Below, piece by piece: positions 49,025 to 58,109 of a stretch of DNA of 64,000 bases; the stretch's first letter is position 1, and each line of letters starts with the position of its first letter. The notes beneath the pieces are model-generated. The model saw only the letters and a program-made list of their open reading frames with translations, had not been told where the DNA came from and ran no database searches. The DNA lies in contig OZ244207.1 of the NCBI GenBank assembly GCA_965216875.1, positions 992,001-1,056,000 of the forward strand, given 5' to 3'. The stretch comes from Rubripirellula sp. Lineage in GTDB: Bacteria; Planctomycetota; Planctomycetia; Pirellulales; Pirellulaceae. Both the position numbers and the translations under genes were made by a program.

Positions 49025-51396
49025 TTTGCTGTCCTCTTTTGAAACGGCGTGCTTTCGACAATTCCTAGCACGATCGACGAAAATCGATAGTCGTTGTCCC
49101 TGGCGTTGCGAACGATGTTTCGCACCGCGGGCCCATCATAAGATTCTATTCCGCGCCCGAGTGCGTACACGAGCAGTTTTTCCGTGAGAGCTTGGACAAA
49201 CAGGTCCGGATTCCCCAAAATCGCACGTTCCAGATCATCTACCCCTGCGACTTCGCTGCCATCGGGAAGGATTCCCGAGACATCAATGGTCTGATCATCC
49301 TCAAACTCACGCCATCGACCGACGGCGTCAAAGTTGTCGAGAGCAAAACCGACCGGGTCGATCAAGTCGTGGCAGCTCGCACAGGCTGGGTTCGCTCGAT
49401 GTTGCGCGAGGCGATCGCGAAACGACAAGGCGACCTGCTCGTTCTTCTCTTTCAGCGTTGGAACATTGGGCGGGGGTGGCGGTGGCGGCGTGCCAAGGAT
49501 GTTTTCCAGAATCCAATTGCCACGGATGGTGGGCGCCGTGCGGGTGGCGTAGGAGGTCACCGTCAAAATGCTGCCGTGACGCAGGATGCCGCCGCGGTGA
49601 CTCGCCGGGGCGACTTTGACCCTTCGAAAGTGGCTTCCGAAAACGTGTGGGATGTCATAGTGCCTTGCAAGTCGCTCGTTGAGAAACGTTTCGTCCGACG
49701 CGATCAATGTCATCACGTTACGGTCTTCTCGCATCACGCTTTCAAACAACAGCTCGGTCTCACGCCGAAACGCGTTGCGAAGGTTGTCGTCAAAGTCGGG
49801 GAAACGCCGCAAGTCGGGCGTGACCGAATCGAGGTTTCGCAAGTAAAGCCATTGGGACGCAAAGTTATCGACAAGCGATTCGCTCTTGGGATCTTGCAAA
49901 ATTCGCACGACTTGACGCTCGAGAACGTCGGGAGATCGCAACCGCCCGGCGATCGCTTCGCCAAGCAATTCGTCATCCGGAATGCTGCTCCAGAGGAAGA
50001 ATGACAGCCGCGAGGCGAGTTCGACGTCGCTGATTAAGTAGTCGTCGCCAAGTTGCGTCCCCTCTGGCTCGACCTCGACGCGAAGCAAAAAGCTGGGGTT
50101 GACCAAGATCGCTGCGATCGCCGCTTCGATTCCCGCGTCGAATTTCTTGCCGCCATCGGAGTGCTCGTCAAAAAACTGCATCGGGCCATCGATGTCTCGA
50201 TCAGAAACTGGCCGTCGATAGGCTCGGCGCGCGAGTTTTTCAACGATGCCGCGAGCCCGTTCTCGAGACGGCGCCGATGAGTTCATGTCTGAAAAGATCC
50301 GTCGACGGCTTGGCGTCGCACCTGGTCCTTCGGGATCAAAGGGGCCAACGATCGAGATCTCGAAGATCGCCGGGTTTTGCCGTGGATGACGATGCCGGTT
50401 GTAGGCGGCGTCAAAAGGCTGACGCTTGATTTCGAGCAGCGACGATGAAGTGTTCGGAAACGTTGCCGCCACTTTGTGCGGTCCAGCTTTGACTGCGATT
50501 CGCACCTTCAGATTGGCGTCGATCATCGTGTCATCGCGTTTTTCGTAGCTGTTCTTGCCCGAGGGGGCTTCCACCACGAACTGATGCACGCGTTTTCGAT
50601 CGACAAGCAAGTCGATGGGGTGTTTGCCACGCAGGCCTTCGATGTTTTCGTCGCGGTCACGTGTGAGCCGCAACTGGAATTCATAGATTCCGTCTTGCTC
50701 GAAGTTGTGCTCGACCAATCCGCCACCGCGTGTACCGAGCGGCAGCCCTTCGATGTGAGACTCTTGGGTCAAATCAGCCGGCAGACGGAAGTTCACTCCG
50801 CCAGGTGTTCGTTGTCTGCCGCCAATGGCGATGCGGCTGATGTGCTGTGCCGCCGTGATGTAGCGACTCAACAAGACTGGCGACAACTCGCTGACCGTCA
50901 CGTTGTCAAAGCCATGACTCGATTCATCAGCAGGTAACATCTTTTGAACGTCGACATCGATTGCCAAAAGGTCGCGAACCGCATTCTGGTATTCCCGACG
51001 AGTCAAACGCCGAATCGACTCCGTTCGACCTGGTCGAGGGTGTTTGGCAGCGTGCTTGTCGAGCGCTGCAACCAACGCGCTGATCGCTGCGCGGTATTCC
51101 TTTTCGTCGGGACGGTCAGCATCAGCCGGTGGCATCTGACGCGATTGAATCCGTCGAAGCAGTTTTTCCCAGTGGGTGCTGTCCCATGTCGCACCTGCCG
51201 AAGCGATTTCGGTGACATCGAAACCGTCAAGGTCGAGGTTGCCCACCTTGTCGGCATCGTTGTGACAATCAAGGCAATAGCTTTGGACGAAGTCAGATAG
51301 GCCATCGAGATCGGCTTGACCATCGAGGTCTTGCCCAAAGGTGGCCGCTGATGAAGTGACGAGAATCAGCAGGGAGAGAAGAAAGGATGCGCGCAC
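49021..51396 (-). CDS. DUF1592 cytochrome-domain protein, copy 3
   Basis: CLDCH and CASCH; RRLTRREYQNAVRDLL; start estimated at GTG 51396 before the signal peptide. Confidence 0.88.
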   Translation of the reverse strand: MRASFLLSLLILVTSSAATFGQDLDGQADLDGLSDFVQSYCLDCHNDADKVGNLDLDGFDVTEIASAGATWDSTHWEKLLRRIQSRQMPPADADRPDEKEYRAAISALVAALDKHAAKHPRPGRTESIRRLTRREYQNAVRDLLAIDVDVQKMLPADESSHGFDNVTVSELSPVLLSRYITAAQHISRIAIGGRQRTPGGVNFRLPADLTQESHIEGLPLGTRGGGLVEHNFEQDGIYEFQLRLTRDRDENIEGLRGKHPIDLLVDRKRVHQFVVEAPSGKNSYEKRDDTMIDANLKVRIAVKAGPHKVAATFPNTSSSLLEIKRQPFDAAYNRHRHPRQNPAIFEISIVGPFDPEGPGATPSRRRIFSDMNSSAPSRERARGIVEKLARRAYRRPVSDRDIDGPMQFFDEHSDGGKKFDAGIEAAIAAILVNPSFLLRVEVEPEGTQLGDDYLISDVELASRLSFFLWSSIPDDELLGEAIAGRLRSPDVLERQVVRILQDPKSESLVDNFASQWLYLRNLDSVTPDLRRFPDFDDNLRNAFRRETELLFESVMREDRNVMTLIASDETFLNERLARHYDIPHVFGSHFRRVKVAPASHRGGILRHGSILTVTSYATRTAPTIRGNWILENILGTPPPPPPPNVPTLKEKNEQVALSFRDRLAQHRANPACASCHDLIDPVGFALDNFDAVGRWREFEDDQTIDVSGILPDGSEVAGVDDLERAILGNPDLFVQALTEKLLVYALGRGIESYDGPAVRNIVRNARDNDYRFSSIVLGIVESTPFQKRTAN

Positions 51397-51691
51397 GGAT
51401 GACGTCGAATTGCGTGAGGAATAAGGAAGGTCTTCTGTAGGTGGGCCGCCGCGTACCCAATTGTAGCGTGGAGGCTGCGAATTCCCAATTCGGAAGTGGC
51501 ACGTCCGCCGATTCATGCCGCCCGAAATAGACCCACCTGACACAGAATCCCTCTGTGCGCGAAAGACCAGCGTCAAAACCAACACCGGCCAATGCAAATC
51601 GGCTCGGCGTTGCCGGTTTGACTGCCTCGGCGTTTCCGGCTTTTCGGGCGGTCGACCTGCTTCAGCCCGTTTGGAAGGTAGGAAAGATATC

Positions 51692-51719
51692 TTGACATAT
51701 CGTGACGTCGCGATATGTT
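51692..51719 (+). promoter_or_regulatory. Sigma70-like promoter overlapped by a palindromic ArsR operator
   Basis: TTGACA at 51692; ACATATCGTGAC/GTCGCGATATGT inverted repeat, 11 of 12 pairs. Confidence 0.75.
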
Positions 51720-51747
51720 TAAGTAACCAGGAGTGACGTGCCGATCC

Positions 51748-52089
51748 ATGAACAAGAAAAAGAAACCTGCCAAGTCTGCTGACACGACCAAGCCGGTTGG
51801 AAGCGTCCAAGCGTTTGTCGATGCGGCCGAATGCCTCAAAGCACTCGCCCATCCAGTCAGGCTGCGGATTGTCCAGTTGCTGCTCCACGGCCAGTTCACC
51901 GTGGGGGAGATCGCCGAGGATTGCGAGATTCCTGACAATGTCGCGTCGGAACACCTTCGGTTGCTGCAGCGTTGTGGGTTTTTGATCAGCGAGCGCCAAG
52001 GACGCCGGGTCTACTACCAAGTGGCGGAACCGCATTTGGAGCAAATGATGGCTTGTATCGAAGGTCGATTTTTGGCCAGCGGCGCCTGA
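51748..52089 (+). CDS. ArsR/SmtB family repressor
   Basis: LKALAHPVRLRI..LL, SEHLRLL, RQGRRVYY. Confidence 0.92.
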   Translation: MNKKKKPAKSADTTKPVGSVQAFVDAAECLKALAHPVRLRIVQLLLHGQFTVGEIAEDCEIPDNVASEHLRLLQRCGFLISERQGRRVYYQVAEPHLEQMMACIEGRFLASGA

Positions 52090-52112
52090 GCGTCTCTCTT
52101 ATTTTGAACGAT

Positions 52113-52132
52113 ATATCGTCACCTCACGAGAT
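52113..52132 (+). promoter_or_regulatory. Second ArsR operator-like site
   Basis: ATATCGTCACCTCACGAGAT versus ATATCGTGACGTCGCGATAT (16 of 20 identical). Confidence 0.55.
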
Positions 52133-52173
52133 AACGACAGCTGACTTCAAGCAAACTTGAAAGGAAGAAAGTG

Positions 52174-52722
52174 ATGAACACCATCTCGCCAAAACGGCTC
52201 GCAGACACCAACGCATCGTCGCCCGTTGAGTTGATCGACGTACGGACGCCGGTGGAGTATCGCGAGGTTCATGCAACGCCAGCGCGCAACGTTCCTCTCG
52301 ACACGCTCGATCCTGAGGCGCTGATGGGTGGCCGCAATGGGAATGCCGGTGAGCCGCTTTATGTGATTTGCAAATCGGGCGGTCGCTCGACTCAGGCTTG
52401 CCAAAAGCTGATCGCCGCCGGACATGACAACATCGTCAACGTCGAAGGAGGCACAGACGCATGGGTTGATGCGGGGTTGCCGGTGCAGCGTGGAAAGAAA
52501 GCGATGGCACTGGAGCGGCAGGTACGCATTGCCGCTGGAGCGTTGGTCCTGATTGGCGTCGCACTCTCCTTCTTCAATCCTTACTTCCTGGGCCTCTCCG
52601 CCTTTGTCGGTGCAGGGTTGGTCTTTGCCGGTGTCACAAACACCTGTGGCATGGGAATGCTGCTGGCCAAGATGCCATGGAATCAGGTGAGAGGCTGCGA
52701 CAACGGATCATGCTCGGTTTAG
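52174..52722 (+). CDS. Rhodanese + DUF2892 membrane sulfurtransferase (YgaP-like)
   Basis: LIDVRTP.EY, CKSGGRS active loop, ERQVRIAAG, TCGMG.LLAKMPWN. Confidence 0.92.
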   Translation: MNTISPKRLADTNASSPVELIDVRTPVEYREVHATPARNVPLDTLDPEALMGGRNGNAGEPLYVICKSGGRSTQACQKLIAAGHDNIVNVEGGTDAWVDAGLPVQRGKKAMALERQVRIAAGALVLIGVALSFFNPYFLGLSAFVGAGLVFAGVTNTCGMGMLLAKMPWNQVRGCDNGSCSV

Positions 52723-52926
52723 CCCCGTACTCGTGCTCGTAATCGGCCTGAGCAATTTCGGCCGGATTGATAACGAGTACCGCAATGCTGAGCACGAATT
52801 CGTAGGGTGTGTGCTTGCACGCACCAACACGAGATTGATGCGCGAAAGCACACGAAAGAGAGACGTGAGACGAGTGGACGCGAAGAACCGCTCTGGTATC
52901 GCCGACGCACTCGTCCCACATCGCAG

Positions 52927-53002
52927 TGACCAAGGAGGGAGTCGAACCCCCAAATTCACGAGCCTCTCATGCTCGCCGCTTTGCCGGTTTGCGTACTTGG
53001 TC
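52927..53002 (-). tRNA. Non-canonical tRNA-Leu(GAG) with 7-nt variable region
   Basis: GACCAAG-TA-CGC-AAACCGGCAAA-GCG-G-CGAGC-ATGAGAG-GCTCG-TGAATTT-GGGGG-TTCGACT-CCCTC-CTTGGTC-A; all stems pair. Confidence 0.85.
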
Positions 53003-53030
53003 GCAAGAAGTAGTGTCCTGATGGCGCAAC

Positions 53031-53061
53031 AAAAAAGGCTCGATGCCAGTGACATCGAGCC
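53031..53061 (-). terminator. Intrinsic terminator/attenuator between leader peptide and tRNA
   Basis: GGCTCGATG-7 nt-CATCGAGCC followed by T6. Confidence 0.8.
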
Positions 53062-53089
53062 GCTACGAATTGCATTCGTTTTGCCGATC

Positions 53090-53176
53090 TCACACGGGCC
53101 TATCGCCTCCGCTCTCACCACATGAGAGTGAATCAAGCGAGCAGGAGGTGCAGTTGTATGGATAACGGCTATTCAT
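53090..53176 (-). CDS. Putative leader peptide MNSRYPYNCTSCSLDSLSCGESGGDRPV
   Basis: 28-codon ORF whose stop lies 28 nt before the terminator stem. Confidence 0.45.
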   Translation of the reverse strand: MNSRYPYNCTSCSLDSLSCGESGGDRPV

Positions 53177-53252
53177 GATTCAATGCGATTCTTGGGGGTC
53201 TGTTGAAAGGTAAAGACAATCGCCCCTCGCGAAGGTTCACGCATAAAAGCAG

Positions 53253-53316
53253 CGTAGGGTGTGTGCTTGCACGCACCGATCGCGTGACATTGGTGCGTGC
53301 ACGCACACACCCTACG
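53253..53316. repeat. Inverted REP doublet, family D (single copy also at 52801-52825)
   Basis: CGTAGGGTGTGTGCTTGCACGCACC and its reverse complement. Confidence 0.8.
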
Positions 53317-53340
53317 AAAGAACGCCTGGACAATTATCCG

Positions 53341-54240
53341 TCAAACGCGGATGGCGACGCGCAGTTTGGCGCTTCGCGAGCGTGGGTTCTCGGCGACTTC
53401 GCGATCGCTCGGTCGAAGCGGTTTCTTGGTCATCACTTGCCAGCGTTCATCGTCGCTAAATGCATTCTTGACGATGCGGTCTTCGAGCGAATGAAAACTG
53501 ATCACCGCAACGCGGGCACCGCTTGAAAGCCAATCGGGCGCCGACTTGAGTGTGCGTTGCAGGATATCAAGTTCTTCATTCACCTTGATTCGCAGCGCTT
53601 GAAAGGTACGCGTTGCCGGGTGAATGTCATGATTCTTGCTGCGTGGAACACAGCGTCGGCAAATGTCGACCAAGTCGTTGACCGTTCGCACCGGACTTTC
53701 GTTACGCCGCTGGGCAACGATTTCGCGGGCGATCCGGCGACTGTAGCGTTCTTCGCCATATTGATAGATCACGTCGGCGATCGCTTGCTCTTTGTTCCAG
53801 GCGAGCCAATCAGCAGCACTGCAACCATTGTCGGGATCAAACCGCAAGTCGAGCGGGCCATCTTCGGTGAAACTAAACCCACGCGAGCGATCGGCAAGCT
53901 GATCACTCGAAAGGCCGAGATCCAGCACGAGTGCGTCGGCCGCTTCCAGCTCTGTCGCCGCCAACGCTCGCGGTGCCGCTTCGTAGCTTCCCAAGAAAAG
54001 GCTGAGTCTCGGGTCGTGTGTTTCGGTCTCGAAACGCTCGGTGACGGCGGGATCGCGATCGAGCGCAATCAAGTGCTTGAGGTGATCGCCCAGTGTGTCG
54101 ATCAGTCGTTTCGAATGTCCGCCGCCGCCGTAGGTGCCGTCGACGACGATTTTGGGCAGGGCGATGCCATCACCAATGTCTTCCGCGACCCAATGAACGA
54201 TTTCATCGGGCATGACCGAAACGTGACAACTTTGTGTCAT
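53341..54240 (-). CDS. rsmH: 16S rRNA m4C1402 methyltransferase
   Basis: HVSVM, DGTYGGGGHS, DLGLSSDQL, HPATRTFQALRI, NPRSRSAKLR. Confidence 0.96.
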   Translation of the reverse strand: MTQSCHVSVMPDEIVHWVAEDIGDGIALPKIVVDGTYGGGGHSKRLIDTLGDHLKHLIALDRDPAVTERFETETHDPRLSLFLGSYEAAPRALAATELEAADALVLDLGLSSDQLADRSRGFSFTEDGPLDLRFDPDNGCSAADWLAWNKEQAIADVIYQYGEERYSRRIAREIVAQRRNESPVRTVNDLVDICRRCVPRSKNHDIHPATRTFQALRIKVNEELDILQRTLKSAPDWLSSGARVAVISFHSLEDRIVKNAFSDDERWQVMTKKPLRPSDREVAENPRSRSAKLRVAIRV

Positions 54241-55223
54241 CCAAAGACGCTCTTGACTGTCTTGCTGCAGTGAAGGGCTTTTTCCAAGTTCCCGCTGACC
54301 TCTTTGAGGCGATTGAGGTCGCCCCCGCCAACTTCGGCGGCGAGCCAACCGGTGAACTTGATGTCCTGCAACGCCTTCTCGACTTCAGGCCAATTGATAT
54401 CCCCTTCGGTGATCTTGGCCCAGCCTTGTTTGGCGCGCGAGTAACCCTTGATGTCCAATTTTTTGATACGAGGACCAAGCGTGCGAATCCAGCCCGCCGG
54501 GTCACCGTACTTCCAATGGTTGCCGATATCGAACTGGACGCCAACCCAGGGCGAATCGAAGGCATCGACAAACTGAGCCAACTTGTCGGCGGTTTGGTCG
54601 TCGCTGCCATCGTGGTCGTACAAAAAATGGTTCCAGACGTTTTCGATCAAAATCGAAACACCGTGCTTTTCGGCATCCGGAAGCGCTTCGCGAATGCCCG
54701 CCATCGATCGTTCGAAGACTTCGGCTTCGGAGCCGTCCTTGCCGTGGCCTGGGACAAGCAGCATGGTGTCGGCGCCAACCGCTGCCGTTTCGGCGATCCC
54801 TTGTTTGAGCCGCTTGAGTGCATCGGCGCGGACTTTGGGATCGGGATCGCTATGTCGCACGCCCCAGTGATAGCCGCCAACCGTACCATCGATGATCAAG
54901 CCACTCGCTGCTGCGGCCGCCTTGGCTTGTTCCACATTGATTCCGGGCGTGTTGAGTTCGACCCCTTCGAATCCCGCTTCTTTGGCAGCTTTGAACTTGG
55001 CAACCAAGTCTCCCTCGACCCGGATCATGCCGATCTTGAGCGTCTTGCGCAGCCAGGGCAGTTCTTCTGCTGGCAGGGGATGCTCTTTGCCCCAAAGTTG
55101 ACTTGTCGCTGGCAGCGTCAACGCAGCCGCCGTCGCGCCTGCCATCGAGCGAACAAATTGACGTCGAGATTGTTCAGGTCGCATGTTTCTATTCTGTGGG
55201 TTGTTCATTTGTTTCGCACTCAA
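54237..55223 (-). CDS. Tat-exported sugar-phosphate isomerase/epimerase (TIM barrel)
   Basis: SRRQF leader; IENVWN, FDIGNH, LDIK. Confidence 0.88.
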   Translation of the reverse strand: MSAKQMNNPQNRNMRPEQSRRQFVRSMAGATAAALTLPATSQLWGKEHPLPAEELPWLRKTLKIGMIRVEGDLVAKFKAAKEAGFEGVELNTPGINVEQAKAAAAASGLIIDGTVGGYHWGVRHSDPDPKVRADALKRLKQGIAETAAVGADTMLLVPGHGKDGSEAEVFERSMAGIREALPDAEKHGVSILIENVWNHFLYDHDGSDDQTADKLAQFVDAFDSPWVGVQFDIGNHWKYGDPAGWIRTLGPRIKKLDIKGYSRAKQGWAKITEGDINWPEVEKALQDIKFTGWLAAEVGGGDLNRLKEVSGNLEKALHCSKTVKSVFG

Positions 55224-56566
55224 ACTTGTTCAGGACCCAAGCAAACCAATTCTTCGCCAACGCGAATCAACAAGCGTCCTTGCGAATAAGCGGGAGTTGC
55301 ACCGACTGGGGCTCCCAAATCGACTTCACCGAGTTTCTCGAATGTGTCACTTGCCTTCAGCAGCGTTGCTTTTCCATCAAGGCTGATCAGCAACAGCGTT
55401 TGTCCAACAAGGATGGGTGACGCACCAAAGTTCCCTCCGATCCGCTTTTGCCAAACGCTCTCGCCTGTCTTTGCGTTGATGCAAGAGGCGATGCCTTTGT
55501 CATCGACCATGAAAAGGCGATCACCGCTGACGACGGACGTCGGAACATAGGGGGCACCGCGATCGATGCGGTAAACCGATTCGGGTTTGTCGGAGGATGA
55601 CTTGGGGATCTTTACGGCGACAAGGTGATTGCCGCCCCCGCCGCTGCCGCTTGATCCGATCACCAGATCACCAACGATCAATGGTGAACTGCAGCATCGC
55701 ATTTCGAACACCTTCAAGTTCCAAAGCATCTTTCCAGTCTTTGCGTCGAGTGCGAACATGCCGTTGCCGGTATTGGCGTCGATGATTTGCGTTGTTCCAT
55801 CGGCTGCTTCGTAGATTGCGGGAATGCCGTAGCACGAGCGCGTCGTCTCGAGCGGTGTTTCCCAAACGGTGTCGCCGGTCTTGCGATCGACAGCGATCAT
55901 GCGGCTTTGCCCTGGGGCATCACCCGGCTTGATTTGGTCGGCTTGTTGAGAATTGAAAAGCAGGACCATCGAACCAAAGATCCGTGGCGAGGTTCCGAAT
56001 CCGTGTTGACTTTGCCAGCTTCCAAAATCGCGTTTCCAGACCACGTTGCCGGCATGGTCAAGGCAGACGAGGAAGGTGTGATTCGGATCGCTCCAAGCGA
56101 CGAAGACGTTTTCTGCGTCGACCGCCGGCGTGCTTGAGGCGTAAGTATTGCGACGGTGTTGGTGATGGCCCGCCTGATCAAATTCTTTTGACCAGTTCAA
56201 ATCGCCCGAGACCAGATCGATGGATTCGACCGCGATCTTTTGTTCGTTGGGTTTGGACACCATCAGGAAGACGCTCTGGTCGTGTACCACGGGCGAACCG
56301 ACATCGCGCGAACCCAAGTTGCGGCGCCAAACATAGTCGCTCTCGTTCCAACCGAGTGGCATGTGGCCCGTCGCCACACCATGAGCGTTGTCGCCGTGGA
56401 ATTCGGACCAACCACTGGGGCTTTTGGCAGACGCCTCGGTTGCCGCAGAAAGGACCAACGCCAAGGCGGCCAACACAGCGAGGGCCGATGCTGGGGACGA
56501 CAGGAATGCAGGGCGCAACAGGGATGCAGGGCGCAGGAGCCCGTGCAGCCGGATGGATCGCTTCAT
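55220..56566 (-). CDS. PQQ-like beta-propeller (BamB-like) protein
   Basis: WSEFHG, repeated A.D..TG...W and SSP motifs. Confidence 0.88.
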   Translation of the reverse strand: MKRSIRLHGLLRPASLLRPAFLSSPASALAVLAALALVLSAATEASAKSPSGWSEFHGDNAHGVATGHMPLGWNESDYVWRRNLGSRDVGSPVVHDQSVFLMVSKPNEQKIAVESIDLVSGDLNWSKEFDQAGHHQHRRNTYASSTPAVDAENVFVAWSDPNHTFLVCLDHAGNVVWKRDFGSWQSQHGFGTSPRIFGSMVLLFNSQQADQIKPGDAPGQSRMIAVDRKTGDTVWETPLETTRSCYGIPAIYEAADGTTQIIDANTGNGMFALDAKTGKMLWNLKVFEMRCCSSPLIVGDLVIGSSGSGGGGNHLVAVKIPKSSSDKPESVYRIDRGAPYVPTSVVSGDRLFMVDDKGIASCINAKTGESVWQKRIGGNFGASPILVGQTLLLISLDGKATLLKASDTFEKLGEVDLGAPVGATPAYSQGRLLIRVGEELVCLGPEQV

Positions 56567-56878
56567 CTTTGGATTGATCTCGTAAAGGTGATGTTCAACG
56601 CCCGCCCAGGCATTCGGGCCGAGGTTTTTGGGCACCCGCAATGCAAACGGCAAGTGACCGGCAGTGGATGGATCGGGAAGGCGGGTGGGGACGCGAGGCG
56701 GGATGGAATCGGGGGTGGGATTGAATCGATTTGGACAATCGCAACGGGCAACGTCGACTCAACCTCTGTGCATTGTAAGCGCTCGACGCCAATGTCGCTC
56801 GTCTGATCACACCTGCGTCCTAAGTTTTCTCGACCACTTTCTCACCGTTCACGACGCACCGGCAAGTCCCGCACCACC

Positions 56879-58012
56879 ATGTTCCGGATCGAAATCAGCC
56901 AAGATATCCAGTCGCTTTTTGCCGACGAAGATTGCTGGAACAAGCTCGCGGGGGGCGTGCCCTTTCGTGAAACGTCATGGCTTCGGCCCTGGTGGAACCA
57001 CTTCGGAACGCCGGGCGAGGCGTATGTGGTGATCGCCAAAGATGACGATGGCGTCACTCGAGGGATCCTTCCGCTATTTCGATCTGCCGATTGCCATCGT
57101 CACCTTGAAGTTGTCGGTGGCGGGCAAGCGTGCAGCGACCACGCATCGATTCTGGTTCAGCGCGACGATGTTGCCGAAGTCGCTCGTTCGATGGCCGAAT
57201 ACCTTGCCGATCATGCAAGCGATTCACAATGGGGATGGGACACGATCAGCATTGATGGTGTTGTTGACGGCGACCAGCCGATGGCGGAGTTTTCCAAAGC
57301 CATTGAAGAAGCCGGCGCCGCGCTTCATGCCCAGTCTCGAATGAGTACCTGGTTTAAGCCGAGCGATGACTCGTGGGATGAGCACCTGAAACATTTTGGG
57401 AAGACGCAACGCCGTAAGATGCGCCGTTGGAGCGAACGGATCGACAAGACCGATGGTCTCGAAAAATCAATTGTCGATAGGTTAGACGATGTGCAAGATG
57501 CTCTCGATTCACTGATCGACATGCATCAACGACGATGGAACGCCGAAGGCGAACCGGGCAGCTATGCCGATGCCGAGTTTGCCGCGTTCGTCCGCGATAG
57601 CGCTGATGACTTTTTCCGCCGCGGTCGACTTTATCTTCCAACGCTTTCGATGGATGACAAAGTGATCGGTGGTGAGCTTCATTTCATCGGTGGCGACAAC
57701 CGCCTGTATTGCTACAGCAGTGGCTACGACATCGATTCGGCGGAACTGGAGCCAGGCCGGATTCTTTGCGTTGAAACGCTGTTGGAGCTTTATCGACGCG
57801 ACCTCGCAGGTATCGATTACCTGCGCGGCGATGAACCGTACAAGAAACGTATGGCGGCAACGCCAACACGTATCTTTCATTTGCGTGTGATTGCACCAAC
57901 GTTGTTGCCGAGGTTGCGGCACGCAGCGTGGTGTGCTGGGTTTGAACTCAAGCAATGGGTCCGCCGCCACACAGGACGCAAGCCAATCGAAGTGGCCAGC
58001 ACGCTCGCGTAG
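56879..58012 (+). CDS. GNAT acetyltransferase, CelD/BcsL-like
   Basis: WLRPWW, YSSGYD...EPG, DYLRGDEPYK. Confidence 0.85.
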   Translation: MFRIEISQDIQSLFADEDCWNKLAGGVPFRETSWLRPWWNHFGTPGEAYVVIAKDDDGVTRGILPLFRSADCHRHLEVVGGGQACSDHASILVQRDDVAEVARSMAEYLADHASDSQWGWDTISIDGVVDGDQPMAEFSKAIEEAGAALHAQSRMSTWFKPSDDSWDEHLKHFGKTQRRKMRRWSERIDKTDGLEKSIVDRLDDVQDALDSLIDMHQRRWNAEGEPGSYADAEFAAFVRDSADDFFRRGRLYLPTLSMDDKVIGGELHFIGGDNRLYCYSSGYDIDSAELEPGRILCVETLLELYRRDLAGIDYLRGDEPYKKRMAATPTRIFHLRVIAPTLLPRLRHAAWCAGFELKQWVRRHTGRKPIEVASTLA

Positions 58013-58049
58013 GCGTGTGCGGGCATGCAGGTATTTCGTTAGTCAGTTT

Positions 58050-58105
58050 GTAGTCCCGCCTTTAGGCGGAAACGCACGAAGATTCCGGCTAAAGCTCGGT
58101 ACTAC
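58050..58105. repeat. REP doublet, family A
   Basis: Near-identical to 13-67. Confidence 0.8.
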
Positions 58106-58109
58106 GAAC

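Noticed and set aside
51397..52044. 216-aa N-terminal extension of the 1007-aa DUF1592 ORF
   Set aside because: It is antisense to the clear ArsR gene and its promoter; the signal peptide begins near 51396.
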